A DNA stretch of 59,568 nt, the filler included. It is 3 parts of 3 records of this genome, joined end to end, with 100 filler letters (N's around TTAATTAATTAA, not from the genome) between each part and the next. Parts side by side here need not be neighbours in the genome. Positions count along the whole stretch, not along the records: positions 26,079 to 46,894 come from DRR723986_18378; positions 46,995 to 59,568 come from DRR723986_18469; 1 more part is not named here. One strand, given 5' to 3'. Below the pieces are notes generated by a model that saw only the letters and a list, made by a program, of their open reading frames with translations, ran no database searches and was not told the DNA's origin. Below are positions 46,139 through 54,538 of the stretch, piece by piece (position 1 is the first letter of the stretch; every line of letters starts with the position of its first letter). The position numbers and the translations under genes are program-made.

Positions 46139-46894
46139 TTGCCAAAAAAACATCTCTCAAGAAATGCTCCAGTGCCAAAGCCCTCGCGAAATACATCGCC
46201 GGGGCAAAGGAGAAAGGCGAAAAGCTCGATCAGTTCTGGCTGTCCAACTGCAAGGCCGGCGACGGCATCGATGACCTGGACACAGCCATCGCGGAGATCC
46301 GCGCGACGCAGGCTTTGAATGCTCGCAGCAAGTCAGACCCGAACTACCACCTGGTGGTGTCATTTGCCGAAGGCGAAAAGCCAGACATCGATGTTCTGAA
46401 GGATATCGAACAAGAGTTTGCCAAGGCCCTAGGCCTTAAGGATCATCAGCGTGTTGTCGGCACCCATATCAACACCGAAAACTTCCACATGCATATCCAG
46501 TTCAACCTCGTGCACCCGGAAACCTTCCGGATGCACACTCCGTTCCGCGATTTCCAGGTCCTGCAGAAGACCGCGGCCGAGCTGGAAAAGAAACACGGAT
46601 TGGAGGTGGTTCAGGGCCGCGGCCCGGATAAGGACCATACGCACGACGAACGCGACAACCAGCGCGCTCGGGACAAGGAAGCAAACTCCTGGGAGCAATC
46701 CTTTTCCGGATTTCTCAAAGATCACAAGATCGAGCTGCTTGCGATCCTTCGAGTCGCAGAAACCTGGGAGGAATTGCACGAGGGCTTTGCACTCTACGGC
46801 GTTGAACTCCGCCGGCGCGGGGCCGGGTTCGTGTTCCGCGATATCGGTACAGGCACCATGGAAAAAGCCAGCGCTGTTGATCGGCTGTTTTCTA
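46135..46894 (+). CDS. traI: MOB_P relaxase TraI/MobA (3'-truncated)
   Basis: GTG start; motif I LAKYI, motif II YHLVVSFAEGE, motif III HINTENFHMHI. Confidence 0.93.
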
Positions 46895-46994
46895 NNNNNN
46901 NNNNNNNNNNNNNNNNNNNNNNNNNNNNNNNNNNNNNNTTAATTAATTAANNNNNNNNNNNNNNNNNNNNNNNNNNNNNNNNNNNNNNNNNNNN
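46895..46994. other. Artificial contig linker
   Basis: N44-TTAATTAATTAA-N44. Confidence 0.98.
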
Positions 46995-46995
46995 C

Positions 46996-47634
46996 CGCGC
47001 CATCGTGCGCGAACCGGCGGCCTTTCTCTTCGATGAACCGCTGTCCAACCTTGATGCCAAGCTGCGTGTGCAGATGCGTGTCGAAATTAAGCGCCTGCAA
47101 CGCTCGCTCGGCACCACCAGCGTCTACGTCACCCACGACCAGTTGGAAGCGATGACACTGGCAGACCGTCTCGTGGTTCTGAACGGCGGCAACATCGAGC
47201 AGATCGGTGCGCCGATCGATGTCTACGACAAGCCGGCCTCCACCTTTGTGGCCAGCTTCATCGGTTCGCCGGCCATGAATTTGCTGAAGGTCAAGGCGGA
47301 TGGGAACGGTCTTGCTCTTGCAACCGGCACCGGCCTCAAGGGCGCCAATGCAAAGGGCCGTGATGCCTACACCATCGGTATCCGGCCGGAGCATCTCGAA
47401 GTGGTGACTGCACCCGGTGAAGGCGAAGGCCTTCATCTGGAAGCCAGCGTCAACGTGCTCGAGCCAGTCGGCGCGGAAAGCTATCTCTATTCCAGCTTTG
47501 CCGATGGCGGCGACGAGATCCTGGTTCGCGTGTCGAGCCATGCCCGTCATGAGCCGGGCGAGAAGCTTTATCTGCGGGCGGCTCCGGAAAACGTTCACTA
47601 CTTCGACGCTGAAACCGGACGGCGGATCGACTGA
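46996..47634 (+). CDS. ugpC: Sugar/G3P ABC transporter ATP-binding subunit (5'-truncated)
   Basis: FLFDEPLSNLDAKLR, YVTHDQLEAMTLADR, FIGSPAMN and TOBE tail. Confidence 0.85.
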   Translation, partial: RAIVREPAAFLFDEPLSNLDAKLRVQMRVEIKRLQRSLGTTSVYVTHDQLEAMTLADRLVVLNGGNIEQIGAPIDVYDKPASTFVASFIGSPAMNLLKVKADGNGLALATGTGLKGANAKGRDAYTIGIRPEHLEVVTAPGEGEGLHLEASVNVLEPVGAESYLYSSFADGGDEILVRVSSHARHEPGEKLYLRAAPENVHYFDAETGRRID

Positions 47635-47685
47635 TCAGGAAACGTCAGGCGAGGCGGTTTAACGAGGGCCGCCGGACCAGGACAG

Positions 47686-47721
47686 AGCCACCCCGGGCAA
47701 CCGGGGTGGCTTTTTGTTTTT
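47686..47721 (+). terminator. Intrinsic terminator
   Basis: AGCCACCCCGG-GCAA-CCGGGGTGGCT followed by a T-tract. Confidence 0.88.
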
Positions 47722-47831
47722 GGCCATTCGAACATCCTCCTGACGGTGCTTGTCAGGAGAGCGGCAGGAGATGTCTGGAACTCCTTCCGAAGCTCTGGCA
47801 AACACCTTGAAACCGCTTCAGGGAGAAACCT

Positions 47832-48968
47832 TTGGAACCCTTCAAGAACAACATTTCACCGGATCTGGTGCGCTGCATCGGCGGCCATGTTGCGCAACAT
47901 CATGCCGATTTTGACCGGTTGGGCTTTGAAGCGGATATCCTGGAAGAGCTGGACAGTCTGGAACTCAAGCAGCGTGCTGCGCTGATCGCAAGGCATCTGG
48001 ATCATCATCTGCCACGGGAGCTACCTGCCCGCTTTGCCATCCTGCAGGCCATGCTGCATCCGATGACGGAGGTCGCCTTCGACAGGGGCAGCGACGAGCA
48101 GGGTATCCGAGGATGGGGCATGATGCCGCTCGGAATGGTCGTTGCGGCAAGTGGCCTGGAAGATTTCGAGGCTTCGTTCGTGCTGCTGAAGGAAATGACC
48201 AAGCGGGCGACGGCCGAATTCGATGTGCGCCCCTTCCTGGCCAGCGACCAGGACCAGGCACTCGCCATCATGGCGCCCTGGGTGAAGGACGAAAGTGTCC
48301 ATGTCCGCCGGCTGGTTTCTGAAGGAACCCGGCCGCGCCTGCCGTGGGGCATGCGGCTCCAGGCTCTGGTGGCAGACCCCACACCCACTCTGCCGCTTCT
48401 GGAAGCCCTGAAGGACGACCCGGAGGACTATGTTCGCCGGTCCGTAGCCAATCACCTCAACGATATCGCCAAGGACCATCCTGAACTGGTGGCCGATATC
48501 GCGAAACGTTGGCTGAAGGGGGCGGACAGGAACCGTGAAAAACTCGTACGTCACGCCTGCCGGTCGCTGATCAAGCAGGGCCACACGGCAACACTGGAAG
48601 CCTTCGGGCTCAATCCGCCGGAGATCAGGGTCGAAGGCCCGCAGGTCCTGACGTCAGAGGTTGCTTATGGAGACGCCCTCGGCTTCAACATCGAGCTGGT
48701 TTCGACCAGCAGTAAAACGCAGGATCTGGTGATCGACTACCTGATCCACTTCAGGAAAGCCAACGGCACGCTGGCGCCCAAGGTGTTCAAATGGACCAAG
48801 CTGACACTGGCTCCGGGGGAACGGCTGACCCTGTCCCGCAGCCACGCCATCCGGCCGATCACAACGCGGGTCTATTACGGAGGCACGCAGGCGATCAGCC
48901 TCCGGATCAACGGGAAGGATTTCGGATTTTCCGAGTTTGAGCTGGTGATGCCGACGGCAATGAACTGA
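47832..48968 (+). CDS. DNA alkylation repair glycosylase (AlkC-like HEAT repeat)
   Basis: AEFDVRPFL, HVRRLVSEGTRPRLPW, YVRRSVANHLNDIAKDHP and KVFKW. Confidence 0.9.
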   Translation: MEPFKNNISPDLVRCIGGHVAQHHADFDRLGFEADILEELDSLELKQRAALIARHLDHHLPRELPARFAILQAMLHPMTEVAFDRGSDEQGIRGWGMMPLGMVVAASGLEDFEASFVLLKEMTKRATAEFDVRPFLASDQDQALAIMAPWVKDESVHVRRLVSEGTRPRLPWGMRLQALVADPTPTLPLLEALKDDPEDYVRRSVANHLNDIAKDHPELVADIAKRWLKGADRNREKLVRHACRSLIKQGHTATLEAFGLNPPEIRVEGPQVLTSEVAYGDALGFNIELVSTSSKTQDLVIDYLIHFRKANGTLAPKVFKWTKLTLAPGERLTLSRSHAIRPITTRVYYGGTQAISLRINGKDFGFSEFELVMPTAMN

Positions 48969-48975
48969 TCGCGGT

Positions 48976-50151
48976 TCAGGAAAGCCGCTTAAGCCTGAGC
49001 ATCCCCAAAATTCCGAGCGCCGGGCCGATGGCCATCAGGACAAACACGCCGGGCCAGCCGATTAGCTCAGCGCCAAGCGGCGTCAGTTGCACCGTGAAGA
49101 AAGTCAGCGCGAAGCCGAGGGCGGTCTGGAAGCTCATCAGGCTGCCGGCCTGGTCGGGCGGAGCGTAGTCGGCGACAAGGGCAGAGAACTGGGCTGAATC
49201 CGGCAGGATGGAGGCACCCCAGATGAGGACGCACAGAATTGTCAGCCAGACGGGACCGCCGAAGGTGAGGGCCGAGGCGAGCGCGGCGGTGCCACTGATG
49301 ACCATGGCGGCAATCGCGATATTCGCCTTGCCGACGCGGTCGGCCATGATCCCCGCGACAACGCAGGCAGCACCACCCGCTGCAATGGTCAGAAACGCGA
49401 TCAGGCGAGACAGCGGGATCGCGGTTTCTGCGGGCATATGGGCGGAGAAGGAAACGGCAAGAGCAACGCCGATCCAGGCCCACATGGCGTAAAGCTCCCA
49501 CATGTGGCCGAGATAGCCTGCATAGGCATAGCGGATCTTTGGGTTTGTCCATGCGGTGAAGATGGCCTTCATCTTCATGCGGGGCGCCTTGGCATGGAAC
49601 GGCCCGAGGCCGGCAAAAAGGCACAGCACGCCACCTGCAGCGGACGCAAGAGAGGCAACGCTCAGGCTCCAGCGCCAGTCGGTACCACCAAGCAAGGCCA
49701 GAAGATGAGGGGCGGCGGACCCGAAGGTGAGCGCGCCGACAAGCGTGCCGACCAGAAACCCGCGATCCTTCTGGCCCCAGCCGACGGCGATCTTCATGCC
49801 GACCGGATAGACTCCAGCCAGCAGGACGCCGGTTGCAAAACGCGCAAGGATAGAGGCCAGGCCACCCGGCTCGACCACCAGCAGGCTGGCGTTGAACAGG
49901 GCAGCGGTGATCGCGCTGAAAGCGAAGAACCGCCGAGGGTCGATCCTGTCGGCGAGGCCAAGAAAGGCCGACGCGACGGCGCCGAACACGAAGCCGATCT
50001 GGACGGCGCTGGAGAGAGCGGCTTGGGCAAAGTCGGATATGGGAAATTCACGGGTCAGATCGGGCAGGATCGCTGCGGACATGAACCACAGGCTCATGGC
50101 GGCGATCTCGGCCAGCATCAGCAGGCCGAGTGATCGCCATTTGCCCGCCAT
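48976..50151 (-). CDS. MFS transporter
   Basis: Multiple TMs, GLADRID, YPVGMK, GHMWELYAMW and DSAQFS. Confidence 0.9.
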   Translation of the reverse strand: MAGKWRSLGLLMLAEIAAMSLWFMSAAILPDLTREFPISDFAQAALSSAVQIGFVFGAVASAFLGLADRIDPRRFFAFSAITAALFNASLLVVEPGGLASILARFATGVLLAGVYPVGMKIAVGWGQKDRGFLVGTLVGALTFGSAAPHLLALLGGTDWRWSLSVASLASAAGGVLCLFAGLGPFHAKAPRMKMKAIFTAWTNPKIRYAYAGYLGHMWELYAMWAWIGVALAVSFSAHMPAETAIPLSRLIAFLTIAAGGAACVVAGIMADRVGKANIAIAAMVISGTAALASALTFGGPVWLTILCVLIWGASILPDSAQFSALVADYAPPDQAGSLMSFQTALGFALTFFTVQLTPLGAELIGWPGVFVLMAIGPALGILGMLRLKRLS

Positions 50152-50152
50152 C

Positions 50153-50512
50153 TCACCCGGCAAGACCCAGTTCCTTCTGCTGCTTCCTGGTCAGCTTGGC
50201 CGCGATGATCTTGTGCGCGGCTTCGATATAGGCCTTCAGGTCCGCATCGGACAGCGCGCCTTCTTCTTCCATCTGCACCCATTTGGCACGGGCAAGATAA
50301 GGCGCGGGGATCATTCCTTCCTGCTGGGTGAGCAGGGAATAGGAAATATCGGAGCATTTGAAGCTGAACCGCGGAAAATCGCCTTCGCCCCAACCAGAGC
50401 AGATGGCGAAGATCTTGCCGCCAACCTTCCAGACCGATGCGTTGCCCCATTGGATCACATGCGTGGTTGCCGGAAGCTTTTTGCAGAAGGCGTCAAAGTC
50501 GTCGCGGGTCAT
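50153..50512 (-). CDS. MmcQ/YjbR family DNA-binding protein
   Basis: WKVGGKIFA, SFKCS and PAPYLARAKWV. Confidence 0.88.
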   Translation of the reverse strand: MTRDDFDAFCKKLPATTHVIQWGNASVWKVGGKIFAICSGWGEGDFPRFSFKCSDISYSLLTQQEGMIPAPYLARAKWVQMEEEGALSDADLKAYIEAAHKIIAAKLTRKQQKELGLAG

Positions 50513-50618
50513 TGGCGTGCTCGTAAAGTCGTGGGACCGGAAACGGGGTCCGTCGGCAGGAGCGGCAGAGTGGCTTTTCCAGCTGAATCACGCAAGCTGC
50601 ATCGCGATGAAAAAAACG

Positions 50619-50647
50619 TGTCACACATTCCAGCCCCGCGCTCTCTA
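50619..50647 (+). promoter_or_regulatory. Candidate autoregulatory ECF promoter
   Basis: TGTCACA-N16-TCTCTA ending 32 nt before the ECF start. Confidence 0.45.
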
Positions 50648-50679
50648 ACATTACGAGACACCAAGAGACGGAACACGAC

Positions 50680-51498
50680 ATGACGGCAATCAGCGTAAAA
50701 ACGGAAACGGTCCAGGCGGCCCAGGAAGGTGACAGGATTGCTCTGGAACGGGTTCTGGAGGGCGTACAGGACCAGATCCATCATCTGGCCCGCCGCATTC
50801 TGGTCAATCCGGAAGATGCACGCGAGGCGACGCAGGAAATTCTCATCCTGATCCTGACCAAACTTTCAACCTTCAAGGGCGAGAGCCGGTTTTCGACCTG
50901 GGTTTACCGCGTGGCCGTTCGCTATCTGGTGAGCGCCAAGAAGGTTCGCGACCGGGATCTCGGACTGACATTCGATGCCTTTGCCGCCGATCTGGAAGAC
51001 GGCCTGGTGTCAGAGCCGCCCAAGGCGCCGGACGATGTGCTTCTGCTGAATGAACTCAGGATTTCCTGCACCATGGCCATGCTGCTTTGCCTGACCATGG
51101 ACCTGAGACTGGCCTATGTGCTGGGCGATATCCTGGAACTGGAACACGGCGAAGCTTCCAGCATTCTGGAAATTGCTCCTGCGGCCTACCGCAAGCGGTT
51201 GTCGCGGGCACGGGAGGAAGTGTTGGCGTTTACCTCGCGCCAATGCGGCATCGTTTCGGCAAAGGCGAAATGCAATTGTCCGAAGCGGCTTCCTGCAGCC
51301 GTCGCTTCCGGCCGAATTCAACCCGGATCCTATCCCAATTCCGCCGGAGGGGCGCAAACCTATCACGACGCCCGGCGGCAGGTCGCATCGGTGATCGACG
51401 GTCTGAAGGCCTTTGAACTTCAGAACGCGGTTCCCCGGCAACGTTGCCCTGAAGACATCCGCGTTCAGCTGACCGAGATCCTGTCCCCCGGCCACTGA
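50680..51498 (+). CDS. ECF sigma factor with Cys-containing C-terminal extension
   Basis: Region 2 DAREATQE...FKGESRFSTWVYRVA, region 4 AYRKRLSRAR, plus SCTMAMLLCL and CGIVSAKAKCNC. Confidence 0.9.
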   Translation: MTAISVKTETVQAAQEGDRIALERVLEGVQDQIHHLARRILVNPEDAREATQEILILILTKLSTFKGESRFSTWVYRVAVRYLVSAKKVRDRDLGLTFDAFAADLEDGLVSEPPKAPDDVLLLNELRISCTMAMLLCLTMDLRLAYVLGDILELEHGEASSILEIAPAAYRKRLSRAREEVLAFTSRQCGIVSAKAKCNCPKRLPAAVASGRIQPGSYPNSAGGAQTYHDARRQVASVIDGLKAFELQNAVPRQRCPEDIRVQLTEILSPGH

Positions 51499-51591
51499 CG
51501 CAACCAGACCCGCCAGTAATCGCACAATGCATCAACCAGCCCGGCAAAGGGCGGGACTGGCACCGCCTTGCCGATCGAAAGGAAGACCTCC

Positions 51592-52080
51592 GTGACCCAG
51601 TTGAAACAGCTCGCAGCCATGGCGGCCACCGTTGCCGTCGTCACCTTTTCCCAACCCAGCCTCGCAGAAGGAAAGAAAGACATGAGTTCGGAACAACAGA
51701 ACGTCATCACCCTTATCGAAAAAATGACGACCTCCTTTGAAAAGGGAGACATCGATACGGTGATGCAGACCTATGAACCAAGCCAGAGCATTGCGTTCGA
51801 GCCCGGAAATCCGGTGTCCGACAGCACCCTGGCGCGCGAATTGTTTCATCAGTTCCGCTCCGTTTCGCCGAAATTCACCTATTCCGGCCACGAAGTGATC
51901 GTGGAAGGCGATCTTGCTGTCCACATCGCACCCTGGACGATGACCGGCACCGATCCGGAAGGAAAGCCGGTGGCCGGCGAAGGCCTTTCCATTGCCGTGT
52001 TGCGGCGGCAGCCGGATGGCAGCTGGAAGATGGTGATCGACAATCCCTATGGCAGCCGCCTGATCCCGGTCGCGAACTGA
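51592..52080 (+). CDS. SnoaL/NTF2-like (YybH/DUF4440) exported protein
   Basis: Signal peptide, FEKGDID and VLRRQPDGSWKMVIDNPYG; GTG after GAAAGGAAG. Confidence 0.85.
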   Translation: MTQLKQLAAMAATVAVVTFSQPSLAEGKKDMSSEQQNVITLIEKMTTSFEKGDIDTVMQTYEPSQSIAFEPGNPVSDSTLARELFHQFRSVSPKFTYSGHEVIVEGDLAVHIAPWTMTGTDPEGKPVAGEGLSIAVLRRQPDGSWKMVIDNPYGSRLIPVAN

Positions 52081-52086
52081 ACCGCG

Positions 52087-52434
52087 TCAGGTAGCCGGTA
52101 CTGCCGGAGAAACGGTGACACGGGCCTGGCCGGCGCAGCCACGATCTATTGCGCGCTTGCCAGGCGGGTCGCCGCAAGGGGCCTCGGAGATACTCCGGGG
52201 CCTCTTCCGTTTGTGGGGGTGACCAAGGCACATTCGCAGGAATCTCATCACGGCCAGTCGGCGTCGTTTACGGGCCAGCCTCTTTCCGAGTTTGAGCAGC
52301 CGGACATGTTCCGGGATCTGCTGCGGCCAGAATTCCGCATGATGCGGATAGAGCGATCTGACAGGATCGTCCCAGGCGGGCAGGCGGCTGACACAGTGTT
52401 TTTTTCGCAACGGAAAGGAATAGGGGATGAGCAT
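52087..52434 (-). CDS. Hypothetical protein divergent from LysR
   Basis: Good RBS (GAAGGGAG) before the ATG, but Arg/Pro-rich with no recognisable family. Confidence 0.4.
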   Translation of the reverse strand: MLIPYSFPLRKKHCVSRLPAWDDPVRSLYPHHAEFWPQQIPEHVRLLKLGKRLARKRRRLAVMRFLRMCLGHPHKRKRPRSISEAPCGDPPGKRAIDRGCAGQARVTVSPAVPAT

Positions 52435-52508
52435 CTGTTGCTCCCTTCAATTTTGATTTTGTTGAAGAGGTATTTGCAGATAGTCTCACGAGACGCGCCT
52501 ATTCCCAT

Positions 52509-52543
52509 GTTTTCTAATTGAAAACGAGATTTCAAAAATGAAA
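52509..52543. promoter_or_regulatory. LysR-type binding boxes
   Basis: GTTTTC-TAATT-GAAAAC (T-N11-A) and TTTCA-AAAA-TGAAA, the latter overlapping the lysR ATG. Confidence 0.55.
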
Positions 52544-53398
52544 CGAAATATCGATTGGGAAGATCTTCGACTGTTCCTGGCGGTCGCGAAAGCAGGCGGC
52601 CTTGCCGGAGCGGCTGACAAGACCGGCGTCAGTTCCGCAACGCTCGGCCGCCGGGTTGCCGCTCTGGAGAAAAGCCTCGACGTTCGCCTTGTGGAGCGCG
52701 AGGCGCGAGGTTACCAGCTGACCGCTGCCGCACATGATCTCCTGCGCTACCTGGAAGACATGGACCAGACTGCCCGCAGCATCGATGCGTGGAAAGAAGG
52801 AGAAGGCCTCCGCCGGAGGATCCGGATATCGGCGGGAGACTGGACCGCGCGGCTGCTCATCGACAACCTGTCGTCCTTCTGGACCCCTGACGCCGGCTGG
52901 CTGCCGGAAATCCTTGCGGATCTCAGAAACCGGGACATTGCTCGCCGGCAGATCGATATCGGTATCCGCAACAGTCGGCCCAAACAGGCCTGGTTGGCAG
53001 GACAGAAAGTTGGAAAGGTCCAATATGCCGCCTATCAGGCTGCAAAGGTTGCAAAGGGTGCAGAGCTTGGTTGGGTCGGGCTGGTGGAAGACGATGCCCA
53101 TTCGCCGACGGGCCTCTGGTTGAAGGAGAACCATGGCACTGATGCGGTAATCACCGTCAACAAGGCCTCGCTTGCTCTTTCACTCGTTCGCAAGGGCAAT
53201 GCCCGCATGCTGTTGCCGACCTTTGTCGGCGATGCCTATCCTGATCTGATGCGCATCGAAGGCCCGTTTGACACCATGGAAACCGAGCGGTGGCTGGTCA
53301 TGCATCAGGACGAGCGTCATGAACCAACAGTTCGCCAGGCCGTATCCGCTCTCACGAAGTTCTTGAAACAGAACCCGATTTTGTCTTCGTTCTCCTGA
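52538..53398 (+). CDS. LysR family transcriptional regulator
   Basis: DWEDLRLFLAVA...TLGRRVAALE HTH and RRQIDIGIR. Confidence 0.93.
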   Translation: MKRNIDWEDLRLFLAVAKAGGLAGAADKTGVSSATLGRRVAALEKSLDVRLVEREARGYQLTAAAHDLLRYLEDMDQTARSIDAWKEGEGLRRRIRISAGDWTARLLIDNLSSFWTPDAGWLPEILADLRNRDIARRQIDIGIRNSRPKQAWLAGQKVGKVQYAAYQAAKVAKGAELGWVGLVEDDAHSPTGLWLKENHGTDAVITVNKASLALSLVRKGNARMLLPTFVGDAYPDLMRIEGPFDTMETERWLVMHQDERHEPTVRQAVSALTKFLKQNPILSSFS

Positions 53399-53444
53399 AT
53401 AATTCACAGAACAGTGAAAGCAAAAATGGGTGAAAGCCTGGCTC

Positions 53445-53473
53445 CTTGAATCAATTTTAACGAAGCTCCATAT
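53445..53473 (+). promoter_or_regulatory. RpoH (sigma32)-type promoter
   Basis: CTTGAA-N15-CTCCATAT upstream of hsp20. Confidence 0.65.
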
Positions 53474-53485
53474 TTAATCATGAAA

Positions 53486-53561
53486 GGAACCAGTTGGTTC
53501 CGGTCCGGATGCCTTGAAAGGGTCCGGGCGCAAGGTCGCTTCGACAAGGACTTTGAGGATG
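53486..53561 (+). ncRNA. ROSE-like RNA thermometer in the hsp20 5' UTR
   Basis: Three hairpins; the last (AAGGTC-G-CTT-CGAC-AAGGACTTT) pairs UCGCU, with a bulged G, against the AAGGA SD. Confidence 0.7.
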
Positions 53562-53987
53562 TCACGCATGTCAGCGTTTTCTAGCCCGTTCATGCTCGGG
53601 TTCGACGATATCGAGCGCGTGCTCGATCGCGTCTCCAAGGCCGCCAACGACGGTTATCCGCCCTATAACATCGAGAGACTTCCGAAAACAGAAGATCAAG
53701 GCGATGTCATTCGGATCACCCTGGCGGTGGCAGGGTTCACACGAGAGCAGCTTGAAGTCTCGGTAGAAGAGAGTCAGCTGGTCATCCGGGGTCGTCAGGT
53801 AGACGACAAGACCCGGCAGTATCTGCATCGCGGCATTGCCGCCCGTCAGTTCCAGCGGGCCTTTGTCCTGGCCGAGGGGATCGAGATCCTCGGAGCCGAC
53901 TTGAAAGATGGGCTCCTGTCCATCGATCTGGCACGCCCGGAACCGGAGCGTGTTATCAGAAAAATAGAAATCTCCAGCGGCGAATGA
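53559..53987 (+). CDS. Small heat-shock protein Hsp20 (IbpA/HspH-like)
   Basis: GYPPYNIE, LAVAGF, YLHRGIAARQFQRAF and DGLLSIDL. Confidence 0.95.
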   Translation: MSRMSAFSSPFMLGFDDIERVLDRVSKAANDGYPPYNIERLPKTEDQGDVIRITLAVAGFTREQLEVSVEESQLVIRGRQVDDKTRQYLHRGIAARQFQRAFVLAEGIEILGADLKDGLLSIDLARPEPERVIRKIEISSGE

Positions 53988-54019
53988 ACGCTCGTCGGCC
54001 AACATATGGAGAATGACTG

Positions 54020-54304
54020 ATGCAAAACCCCAATAGCCCGTCATGGGCAGACCGCACGCTACTTTCCGAATTCATGTCGGTCGATGAACTGACCGAACTG
54101 GGCACCGGAGATGTCGCCTACATCAAGCCGATCAAGGCCCGGGATCTGAAGGAAATGTTTCCGGATGTCCCGCCGCTGCATGACAACATGACGCTTTACG
54201 CGCTTCTCAATGCGGACGGCACGCCGATCCTGCTGGCAGACAGCCGCGAAGCTGCCGTTGCCAATGCCTTTGAAGCAGAACTGGAAATGGCGTCACTGCA
54301 CTGA
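54020..54304 (+). CDS. DUF1150 family protein
   Basis: LGTGDVAYIKP, LYALLNADGTPILL and C-terminal SLH; usual hsp20 neighbour. Confidence 0.85.
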   Translation: MQNPNSPSWADRTLLSEFMSVDELTELGTGDVAYIKPIKARDLKEMFPDVPPLHDNMTLYALLNADGTPILLADSREAAVANAFEAELEMASLH

Positions 54305-54335
54305 CGTCAACTGACAAGACTGCGTAACGAATGCG

Positions 54336-54367
54336 ACACCGGCCATCTGGCCGGTGTTTTTGTTTTT
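54336..54367 (+). terminator. Intrinsic terminator
   Basis: ACACCGGCCA-TC-TGGCCGGTGT followed by a T-tract. Confidence 0.85.
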
Positions 54368-54470
54368 GAGGCCCTGTATTGAGTGGGGCCGGGTCTTACT
54401 GCTTCACAGGTGAGCGCTTCCAAATGGTGAAGCTCGGGGCCTTTGGTTATCGAATGAAGGTATTCCCCAC

Positions 54471-54512
54471 AAACGAAACGCCCGCAGGAGCAGGACTTCT
54501 GCGGGCGTTCTT
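54471..54512 (-). terminator. Intrinsic terminator after opgC
   Basis: AACGCCCGCAG...CTGCGGGCGTT stem followed by TCGTTT on the minus strand. Confidence 0.7.
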
Positions 54513-54538
54513 GTGTCGGGCAGGAGGCCGGCGCCTGA

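Larger units (their letters stand above)
26079..46894. mobile_element. Conjugative plasmid or ICE transfer region (VirB/D4 mating-pair genes + MOB_P DNA processing)
   Basis: traKLM, virB2-11, virD4, primase and relaxase on one contig; no rep or integrase visible. Confidence 0.92.
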
